Below are positions 1 to 7,900 of a stretch of 26,087 nt of DNA, one piece after another. Both the position numbers and the translations under genes were made by a program. A model generated the notes under the pieces. The model had not been told where the DNA came from. It saw only the letters and a program-made list of their open reading frames with translations, and ran no database searches. The stretch's first letter is position 1; each line of letters begins with the position of its first letter. Origin of the DNA: a virus (lineage: Duplodnaviria > Caudoviricetes); the IMG/VR virus record IMGVR_UViG_3300037311_000449, positions 1 to 26,087 of that record. One strand, 5' to 3'.

Positions 1-312
1 ATGTTGAAGAAATTATTATCTGTTGTTCTGATGGTTTTTGTAGCTGCCTGTTCCAATACGCAAGGCGGCTCGATGTCCGGCATGGATATGAAAATGCCAT
101 GCTGTGAAAAATGCGAGTGCTGTAAGGACGGAAAATGTGCCGACTGCTGCAAAGATGGTGAGTGCAAATGCTGCAAGGACGGCATGTGCAAGATGTGCAT
201 GGGGAAAATGAAGGGCGGCATGTCCTCAATGAAAGATGGCGAGGAATGCGAAATCTGCGCTAAATCTGAAAAAGAGTCGATGCAGAAAAATCATGAGGGA
301 ATGAAGCATTAA
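1..312 (+). CDS. Cys/Met-rich metallothionein-like lipoprotein (putative metal-binding, probably host or cargo gene)
   Basis: Signal peptide MLKKLLSVVLMVF followed by lipobox VAA-C17. The mature part has 15 Cys, including three CCKDGxC units, plus 12 Met. Opposite strand to the phage operon. The upstream region lies outside the window. Confidence 0.7.
   Translation: MLKKLLSVVLMVFVAACSNTQGGSMSGMDMKMPCCEKCECCKDGKCADCCKDGECKCCKDGMCKMCMGKMKGGMSSMKDGEECEICAKSEKESMQKNHEGMKH
118..189 (+). repeat. Three degenerate tandem coding repeats (CCKDGxC)
   Basis: tgctgtaaggacggaaaatgt (118-138), tgctgcaaagatggtgagtgc (145-165), tgctgcaaggacggcatgtgc (169-189). Confidence 0.8.
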
Positions 313-328
313 GCTGGATACAGAGGCA

Positions 329-763
329 CTATGCTTGATAAGCAAGCGCCTCTGCTTTCCTGCGTTTTACCAATCCATTTAGCTTTTTACCACCAGCCCA
401 CACCCACTTACGGAACTCTGCTGGAACGTCGGCATGTTCTTCGCGGTTTACCTTTCGGCGGAGCGTGGAGCGTTGAAGCGCACCTGCGCCGAGGTTGAAG
501 GTAAACGACACCAGCGCATCGAACTGACCGTTGGTAAGTGGCACGCGGATTAAGCGCAACACAGCACGCTCTGTAACTATTACATCCTGTGCCAGTAATT
601 CCAACGCTTCATCGCGTGTGAGGCTGTAGGGATAGTCCTTGGGATTTTGGATGATATGGCCGTAGCCTATCGTCCAGTATCCACCCGGACACAAATACGG
701 CTCTGCCATAAATCCCTCGAACTGCTTAATCAGCATCAGTCCATTTTGTGAGATGTGACGCAT
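329..763 (-). CDS. Phage endolysin, GH24 lysozyme
   Basis: LIKQFEG...YLCPGGYWTIGYGH gives the E16-x8-C25-x5-T31 triad. Also QFDALVSFTFNLGAG and GLVKRRKAE, typical of GH24. No SAR or signal sequence. Confidence 0.93.
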   Translation of the reverse strand: MRHISQNGLMLIKQFEGFMAEPYLCPGGYWTIGYGHIIQNPKDYPYSLTRDEALELLAQDVIVTERAVLRLIRVPLTNGQFDALVSFTFNLGAGALQRSTLRRKVNREEHADVPAEFRKWVWAGGKKLNGLVKRRKAEALAYQA

Positions 764-765
764 GG

Positions 766-1191
766 CTATTTCCCCTGCCGTAATTTACTCATGGCGCGTT
801 GACCGAAATAGAAGCTGATAATGCCCGCGAAAATCGCTTGATCTTCTTCCGTCCACAGCAACCACGGAAGCCCAGCAGAAAATTGCATGAGCTTGACAGC
901 CGCATAGAGCAGGAAGAAGCTGTAAGCGATGACAGGCCGCACTGTGCCATTGAGTGCGTCCACCCAACGAATTCCGGTGTTATAGGTGCGGTATAAAGCT
1001 TGTGACTCCGCAATATCCGCATTCGCCTGTATTTCTTCCAAGCGGTTGCTGTGACCTTGTGCTTGTTGCTGCATCTGCATTTCGAGGATTTTAAGCTCGT
1101 GCTTTCGATCCTGCGTATCGCGGAATAGCTTTAAGAAATCCGGGAATGCAGCTGATAAGAATCCGAGTAATGAACCGAGTAACGTAACCAT
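766..1191 (-). CDS. Putative holin (GTA-type holin-like)
   Basis: Hydrophobic N-terminus, a coiled segment, then W..LNGTVRPVIAY plus a TM helix and a C-terminal IISFYFGQR with basic tail. Sits immediately upstream of the lysozyme. Confidence 0.65.
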   Translation of the reverse strand: MVTLLGSLLGFLSAAFPDFLKLFRDTQDRKHELKILEMQMQQQAQGHSNRLEEIQANADIAESQALYRTYNTGIRWVDALNGTVRPVIAYSFFLLYAAVKLMQFSAGLPWLLWTEEDQAIFAGIISFYFGQRAMSKLRQGK

Positions 1192-1203
1192 AAAATCCTC
1201 CTG

Positions 1204-1431
1204 TTATTTCCATGTAAGGTGGCCAGCGGCGAAGCTGAGGAAGGCCACAAGGCCAGTCCATAAGCCGCCCACGATCAGAAGCGTGCGAAGGCTCCCTTTG
1301 CCCTGATTGGCCAGCGCGGTGAGCGTTTTCACTTCTTCGGCCAGCACATCCACCGTTTTGGTGAGTGTTTGGATTTGTGCGTTCATCACAGCCAGCTGTG
1401 ACCGCACATCGATATCGTCGTTTGGTGCCAT
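1204..1431 (-). CDS. Small coiled-coil membrane protein of the lysis cassette (75 aa)
   Basis: Start moved to ATG at 1431 because it follows AAGGAGGAATCA, while the track start at 1455 directly follows a terminator U-tract. Heptad-like N-half and one C-terminal TM helix (LLIVGGLWTGLVAFLSFAAG). Confidence 0.7.
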   Translation of the reverse strand: MAPNDDIDVRSQLAVMNAQIQTLTKTVDVLAEEVKTLTALANQGKGSLRTLLIVGGLWTGLVAFLSFAAGHLTWK

Positions 1432-1455
1432 TGATTCCTCCTTGGTTTTGGGCAT

Positions 1456-1479
1456 AAAAAAACCGCCTCAACGGGCGGT
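1456..1479 (-). terminator. Intrinsic terminator-like hairpin between tail fibre genes and lysis cassette
   Basis: Minus strand reads ACCGCC-cgttga-GGCGGT-TTTTTT. Confidence 0.75.
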
Positions 1480-1527
1480 GTTTCATTTTGGGATTTGTCG
1501 GTGTTTTGGGGGTATTTTGAGGGGGTT

Positions 1528-2955
1528 TTACTCGAAATAGCCGTTTATCATCACCATTCCGCGAATAATCTGCGATGCGGTTGCAGTCCCCACCGGCATG
1601 CGAAGTATCACATGCACGAATGTACCTGCGGCCACATAGAGCGGTGCATCCAGATTCACATCAATCGGCGTGAGTGAACCACCAATGGGAGTACCCACCG
1701 GCATGGACTGAATACCCAGCGGAATGCGCCGTGGTGATCGTGTGCCGGCAGTAACCGAATCCAGCGTGGCGAGTGATACCGCAGTTGCGCCAACCGCCAG
1801 CGCCCACTGTAACAGTGTAGGCGTTGTTGCTGAGGCCGCGCCCATATTGAAGGTTTCAATGCGAAGCCCACGGATTACCAGATTGCGGTTGCCGCCCGCT
1901 GCTACAGCAGACGGTACTTGAAAGGCAAAAAGCGCATAGTCGGTTTCTGCCCCGGCTACGGCTGCAAACTGAAACTGCCCGCCCAGCGTGGTGTAGCCTG
2001 CCGCCGTGTTGGAAAGCGTGGCGGATACCGGCGCGGTATTGTTCACATAGTTGGCTGACTGACCCATTGCCGAGCCGCGAGGGTTATTGTAACTCCCGCA
2101 CTCAGCCCCAGCCATTGCCGTTGGCCATAGGCGGTTTAATGCCAGATCACGCGCAATCACTGAGACATCGGCCACTTCCATGCGTTGCGCTGAACCGGTG
2201 GCGGCGGCATTGTAGCAACGCATGAGCAATGGCTGCCAACGTGAAAGCGATACTGCCGCCGAGGTGTTGGGCGAAAGAATCACGCCTTCCAATACCCCAT
2301 CGATGTAGAATTCTATGCGATCCTGATCAATGATAATGCGATAATGGCGCACCTCGTTGGCAACAGGTGGTGACATTGGCGCGGTGGTGGTTTCTGTGCC
2401 GTTGATATTCATCACGCCAACCAGCACACCCGCGCTATTGAGCTTAAAGTAAACGCCATCGGTTGGCGTGGCAGTCGTAGCGGCAAAGCCTAAACCGAAT
2501 TCGCATACATTGTTGGCGATAGGGTTGATGGCAAAACGCGATCTGAACGCCACTTCCAATGAGCCAGCCGGATGCAGCGGAAAGGTTTTGAAGGTTTGAA
2601 CCCGCGCCACCGCAGCCGAAGCAACCGAGTTACCTGCATTGAACACCAGAAAGCCACCTGTCATAGCAAGCGTGGCGGTTGCGGTGATACACTGGTAAGC
2701 ACTGCCATCAACCACCGTATGGTTGAACGTATCCGCCCAGTAGATGTTATCCACCCCAACACGCAAACGGCCATCGGTAGAAACTCGCGCCGTGCGGACA
2801 AGGCGGGCTTCGCCGCTGGCTCCATCGTGCGACTCACCAGCGATCACCGAATAACCGGCTTCGGCCAGAGTCATCGGCAAGTTTATTTTCAAACGCTTAT
2901 TGGCATCCACCGATGCAAGATCAGCGGAATCTCCTGATTTTAGGATGATGCTCAT
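1528..2955 (-). CDS. Hypothetical virion protein, putative receptor-binding/lectin-like fibre or spike (475 aa)
   Basis: Ala/Thr/Gly-rich beta-strand pattern, with a ConA/LamG-like stretch (HYRIIIDQDRIEFYIDGVLEG). Last gene of the tail block. Function inferred from position. Confidence 0.5.
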   Translation of the reverse strand: MSIILKSGDSADLASVDANKRLKINLPMTLAEAGYSVIAGESHDGASGEARLVRTARVSTDGRLRVGVDNIYWADTFNHTVVDGSAYQCITATATLAMTGGFLVFNAGNSVASAAVARVQTFKTFPLHPAGSLEVAFRSRFAINPIANNVCEFGLGFAATTATPTDGVYFKLNSAGVLVGVMNINGTETTTAPMSPPVANEVRHYRIIIDQDRIEFYIDGVLEGVILSPNTSAAVSLSRWQPLLMRCYNAAATGSAQRMEVADVSVIARDLALNRLWPTAMAGAECGSYNNPRGSAMGQSANYVNNTAPVSATLSNTAAGYTTLGGQFQFAAVAGAETDYALFAFQVPSAVAAGGNRNLVIRGLRIETFNMGAASATTPTLLQWALAVGATAVSLATLDSVTAGTRSPRRIPLGIQSMPVGTPIGGSLTPIDVNLDAPLYVAAGTFVHVILRMPVGTATASQIIRGMVMINGYFE

Positions 2956-2956
2956 A

Positions 2957-3637
2957 TTATACCCCTATGATGTTAATGTTAAAACGCCCCCAGCTTCCCA
3001 GCGGCGCACGGGCAATCACGTCAAAACCGACGCCTTCATTCAGATTGGCGGCAACTGCGGAAATCCCCTCAAGCGCAGCGTCCTCTGCATCGTGATCGGG
3101 TGTTGCCACACCAGCAGCATTGCAAAGAATGACTGAATTATCCGCCACCCATGCCGCTGCTACCGTAACGCTGGCTAAGTAGGATTCGCCACCAGCTGCA
3201 TTACCGAAATCCACCACCGCCTGAGCAGTTTTCGGTAGGAGTGCGAGGGCAGAATTATCCAGCTTGCTATCTAAAGCCGATTGCAATCCTGATATGTCGC
3301 TGATCCCATGCCCATGTGTGCTTGCGGCCTTGCTATCAAGTGCAGTTTGAAGCCCCGCCACATCCGCTATACCGTGGCCGTGGCCGGTGTTTGACTTTCC
3401 GGAAAGCCCGGCATCCACCTGAGGCTTTGTGTAATAACGGGCATCGCCACGCGCATCGTTGTGGTACTGCGGGTGATCGTCATCGCCCAATCCCGTCAAT
3501 GCACCGTGATCGTTTGTTCCTCCTCCGCCGCTTCCACTTCCCGGCGGCCCTTGCGTGCCAATGGTTGCCACTTGGATTTTCGGGCTGGTGACTTTCACCA
3601 CCTGAATCACTTTGTTAATGTTAATAATCTCCGTCAT
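2957..3637 (-). CDS. Tail fibre-like protein with His-containing phage tail repeats
   Basis: Short collagen-like GTQGPPG, a DHGALTGLGDDDHPQY motif, and two HGHGIxDxxGLQxALDSK repeats. ATGA overlap with the upstream gene. Confidence 0.7.
   Translation of the reverse strand: MTEIININKVIQVVKVTSPKIQVATIGTQGPPGSGSGGGGTNDHGALTGLGDDDHPQYHNDARGDARYYTKPQVDAGLSGKSNTGHGHGIADVAGLQTALDSKAASTHGHGISDISGLQSALDSKLDNSALALLPKTAQAVVDFGNAAGGESYLASVTVAAAWVADNSVILCNAAGVATPDHDAEDAALEGISAVAANLNEGVGFDVIARAPLGSWGRFNINIIGV
3263..3382 (-). repeat. Two 22-aa-period HxHxIxDxxGLQxALDSK fibre repeats
   Basis: HGHGIADVAGLQTALDSK (aa 86-103) and HGHGISDISGLQSALDSK (aa 108-125). Confidence 0.8.
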
Positions 3638-3993
3638 CGTGTTACCTCCGGGCTGATCGTTACCAAGCCCTCTAAAAGCCGCGTGACCGTTACCCCATCA
3701 CCGGCAACCAGTTCGAGATCGTAAACACCGGACGTGGCGGAAATGGCAGTGGTAGCAGTTGCGCTTGCCAGTAAATCCACCGTGCCAGCCACACCACCCA
3801 GCGCAATGCCACCATTTTCGGTGGTAAGGGTTAGAAAGGGCGTGGTGGCTTCCAGTGTGTCGCGCATGTGCATACGCGCCGTGAAGCCGGTTAAATCGAT
3901 TGCCACGCCATTTTCATCCTTCCACTCGATTTGCTCGGAGAACGTCGCGCCGCGATAGACAAAGAAATTATGTTTTGCTGGGTGTGTCGTCAT
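3634..3993 (-). CDS. Conserved phage protein, putative fibre adaptor (BppU-N/Ig-like)
   Basis: The pattern RGATF...IDLTGFTARMHMR...GVYDLEL...RLLEGLVTISPEVTR is typical of small beta-sandwich proteins preceding fibre genes. Confidence 0.55.
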   Translation of the reverse strand: MTTHPAKHNFFVYRGATFSEQIEWKDENGVAIDLTGFTARMHMRDTLEATTPFLTLTTENGGIALGGVAGTVDLLASATATTAISATSGVYDLELVAGDGVTVTRLLEGLVTISPEVTR

Positions 3994-4000
3994 ACATGCC

Positions 4001-4939
4001 TCACGCGCTTAGGATTGCGTACCATTTGCTGGCAGTAGCCGCCCAAAAAATGGCGTTCTTGCCAACTGCCAGAGAAAACGCCGCATTTGCTGCCAGCGCG
4101 TTAATGCTATGGCCGGTTGCCGGGTAAACGCTCAAAGCGTTCGCCCCAGCGTTCGCTACAAAAATGAATTCACCTTGCTCTGGCGAGGGAAGCCGTGCGC
4201 CTGATGAAGCCGCAACTGTGGTGAATTCGTTGGTTTGTTTGGTGATCGCTGTTGCCGTGCCTTGCGTAGTGCCAGCCCCGCTTAAGCCGGAGCCGTTTTG
4301 CTTCAGCGCCACCCGGCCACTTGCGGCCAGCATTTTGAGCGAATCATAAAACGTGGATCCGTCCGGTGAAACTTTGAGGGTGAAATTGTCATCTCCCAAA
4401 AGCCCGAACTCCGCCCGCGCTGACCAGTTCGTTTGAAACAGGAAACTGGCTTTATCACCCGCCGCGTTTTTGTTGATCTTCACCTGCATGTCACCGCCGA
4501 CATGGGTAAACAAAATCGCAACGCTTGCCACCGCCAGCTTATTTGTGGCATCGGCACTGGTATTCACGCCCAGCATGCTCAAATTCTGGAAGGATGACAG
4601 GTTATAGGTTAGCCCCCATGCCGCCCCGTCATAGGTGTAGAGAGCGTTGGTATCGTTAGCCCATACCGTTAAGCCTTCCCACGGCGCGATGAAGTTCCAA
4701 CCGGTGGTATAAAACGCCACCGCTTTGGCTTGGCCCGCCCAAGCTCCCGTAGGTGAAGTTCCTACAACATAGCAATCACCGGCAACCGGTGAGCCGGGGG
4801 GTGTATTTACTCCCACGCTCACCATTGCCGCCTGTAGCAACGCGTCAATCAGATCAAGGCCGCTATTGTGGGTGACTTCCTTCTGCGATTGCGATTGCAG
4901 GATGTACGGAAGTTTCACCCGATTAGTGGTGTTTGGCAT
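4001..4939 (-). CDS. DUF2793 tail fibre protein (RcGTA tail fibre-like)
   Basis: LPYILQSQSQKEVTHNSGLDLIDALLQ, PPGSPVAGDCYVV..PTGAWAGQ, LGVNTSADATNKLAV and RAEFGLLGDDNFTLKVSPDG are DUF2793-family signatures. Confidence 0.85.
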   Translation of the reverse strand: MPNTTNRVKLPYILQSQSQKEVTHNSGLDLIDALLQAAMVSVGVNTPPGSPVAGDCYVVGTSPTGAWAGQAKAVAFYTTGWNFIAPWEGLTVWANDTNALYTYDGAAWGLTYNLSSFQNLSMLGVNTSADATNKLAVASVAILFTHVGGDMQVKINKNAAGDKASFLFQTNWSARAEFGLLGDDNFTLKVSPDGSTFYDSLKMLAASGRVALKQNGSGLSGAGTTQGTATAITKQTNEFTTVAASSGARLPSPEQGEFIFVANAGANALSVYPATGHSINALAANAAFSLAVGKNAIFWAATASKWYAILSA

Positions 4940-4965
4940 AAGATATCCATTTTGTTGGTTAATAA

Positions 4966-7900
4966 TTAGAGCGTGGCAACGCCCGGATAGCCTCGGCCAA
5001 CTGCTGCCGAAAGCTGGTACACGTTCACCTCGATGCTACTTTGCACTGAGCCGAAATCCGTCACCTGCTGCGCGGCGGTGTAAAGCACGGTTGGGCTGGT
5101 AAGGCCCGTAATCGTGTGCTTTACCGTCACGCCCTGCATGATATCCACCTCGTAGCGTTCTGATTCTTCACTCAAAGGCACATCAACCGCATCGCGCCAA
5201 TCCCCGCCGATGCGGGTGCGGCGTATCCAGTTGATAGTGAGATCACCGCCACTGCGCGAACCAGAAAGATGCACCGGCGAATATGGCTTCAAGGCGCGGG
5301 CGGCATAGGCAAAATCCTGAGGGGTGGTTGCCCCAAGCGTTGAGCCGATAGTGACCGGCTTAAACTTCTTGGAGATTCCCCAGCTGGATGATGCCATCAA
5401 TTCCCGCGCCAGCGCGTTTGTGAGCATAACGAAGCGTTCACCGGCGGCATGACTACCTACAGCCCATTCCGTGCCTAGCCGCCCCCTCAGAAGCCCGCTC
5501 AAGCGGTACTTGTTGGTATCGAGCAGCGTTGCAGTCTGAAACTGGATAATCTCGTCACCGATCACGCATACATTCGCGCCATTCAGCACGGCGATATCCG
5601 TCACGCTTTGCAGCTGGCCGAAAGTTAGCAACACATCGATAGTGCTGATATTATCCCAGCCATACACCGTACCCGCAGGAATGATATTCAGCACCGCGCC
5701 GATAGTGGCTTGCGCCGTGAGCGTTTGCATAAGCGCATAGTTAGAGCCGCCATCATCGGAGCGATACACCGCCGAACCCGCCCAGTTTTCACCTAAACCA
5801 ACCACGCCATAGCGCAGGTAAGCATCGGTAACGGCATCCGTTGGAAAGGCTGGCAAATCCATCAACTCAAGCCTTGTGGCCGATATGGTTGCCGGTGGCT
5901 GCAAGTTGGGCGTGCCAGTACCAGCCGGATTGTAGAAGTCATAGCTGCTTACGTCTTCCGCAACGCCGCTAATCTCCTGCATGCCGTTTCGCACCAGCTT
6001 GGTGGCCGTGAGCCTAACCAGATAGGCCGCGCCATCCTTCGTGACGGTGATTACGTCCGTTGGTTCAAGCAGCGCATATTTGGGCGGTACGGTGAATTGG
6101 TAGCTTACACGGCCCACCCACGCATTATAGAGCGTGACATCCGCCACCACCTTGGCTTCCTGATCGGAAAGCACAATCGGCAAATTGACGGTGCTGTAAT
6201 CCACCGCTTTCACTGTCTGGCGTTGCGAGGATTGCGTGCCAGCCTGAAAATCCGCCGTGCGGTTGAGGTAAATCACATCCACTTGGCGCGGCAACTCAAG
6301 CTCTTGCGTGCGCGTAACAGTGAGCGCATCACCCGAATCATCGGCAGTTACCAGCTCCGTGAAATCAATCGTGGTGTTGGAAACCTTGCCGCGCTTGATG
6401 AACTTGAGTAGTCCGTCACTTTCCACGCAGTCGAAGAAATACGCGGTAGCCAGCTGTTCAAGGCAAGAGCGCACCGTTTGCCGGTTGGTGATGACAAAAC
6501 CCGTGACGATATCAAGCAACCGGCTCGTATCGTACATGGTGGAATCATACCCAACCTTTTTCAGTAAATCGGCCACGATCTGGCCGAGGCTCGAAAGCCC
6601 CAGCTTGCCTTGCACCCAATGGCCGGTTTTCCAGTTCCCGCCATCGGCCCACACCGAGCCAAGATCAGGGAAGAACGGGAAAGGCCGTGCATCCCATGTC
6701 CAGATAAACTTGCGCGGGATAAAATTCGCTTCCAGCGCATTTTCATCATCGAGGTAATCAATAGAGGCATCCAGCGCAGTGCGCTGCGCGAGGAAGTCCA
6801 CCCGCCCGCGTGAGCCGCGAGGATAGAAACTTTCCACCGAATCCGGGTCGATAAACACGTTAGGCTGATTCGCGCACCCATCCACCGAAGGAAAGCCAAG
6901 CTCTGAAAACCACAGCGGCTTCATTTTGGCTGTCCAAGCAGTCGTGCTTGCATCCGGGTTGGTGTGCGTGGAATTCCACCAATGTTTTATGTTCTTCCAC
7001 GCATAGGTTGGGCCGGAATAGAAGGTTTTTGTGGTGCGAGTTGCATCCCAAAAATAATCCCAGCCTTCATCCTGCGTCCATCCGTCATATACCGCCTGAT
7101 AGTCGATTTGCGTTTGCGGCAAATCCGGTGTAAGCGGCACATAGCAATCAATCGCCACCGCATCGATGTTGGCATCTGACCAAAGCGGGTCAAGGTTATA
7201 CCAGCCATTTACCGAGTGATATTCGCTCCAATCGCCGCCATACATTACCTTCACGCCACTACCCACTGCCGCCTTAATCGTGGCTGCGAGGCTTTTCAAC
7301 TGAGTGACTGCCGGGAATACGCCGGGACTGCTCATATACTGCGTAAGGCCGACAAGCTCCGAGCCGATCATAAACGCATCAATGTTATTCTTAAGCAGTA
7401 CGCCGCCCACATTCAGGTTGGCATAGTGCGCGATGAACGCATTATAACCGTTGGTGCGGGTGAAGAAGCCAGCCGCATCCGTGGCATTGGTGGGCGTAAT
7501 CCTGCCGCGCCACGGCTTGGCTTGCGGCGTGATCGTATCCACTTGCACCATCGGGTAAAACAACACGTTGTATCCACGCGCCTTTAATTCCTGACACAAG
7601 CGCACGATGCCCTTATCCGTAGGCGTGCCGCCGTAAGTGGGTGAACCATCCGGGAAGGTTAAAATTGCATGGCCGGTGGTACGGGTAAAACCGGCAACCG
7701 TCCAATCATCCGGCGTAACGATTGCGCCTTGCCCGTCAAATTCCACACCCGGCTTGATGATAGAAACGGCGGGGTCGAGTGAATCCGAAAACCAGTTTAT
7801 CACCACCGAAACCCATTCCACATTGGGAAGCGTGGCTTTCAGGTTATCAAGCGCAACCAGCACATCGGCTTTATTATTCAGGTTGTTCAAATTCAGCTTG

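Noticed and set aside
1-312. Lipoprotein considered as an o-spanin or u-spanin
   Set aside because: It is on the opposite strand to the lysis cassette, lacks a C-terminal TM helix, and its Cys/Met composition points to metal binding.
1091-1486. 131-aa minus-strand ORF overlapping the lysis genes, considered as an embedded spanin
   Set aside because: It has no lipobox or N-terminal TM segment, runs through the terminator hairpin, and overlaps two better-supported genes.
1473-1525. Plus-strand G-runs as a G-quadruplex
   Set aside because: The loops are long (8-15 nt), and the runs are explained by the hairpin and the C/A-rich spacer on the coding strand.
1528-4939. Diversity-generating retroelement or invertible fibre cassette
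   Set aside because: No reverse transcriptase, invertase, template/variable repeat pair or flanking inverted repeats were seen by eye.
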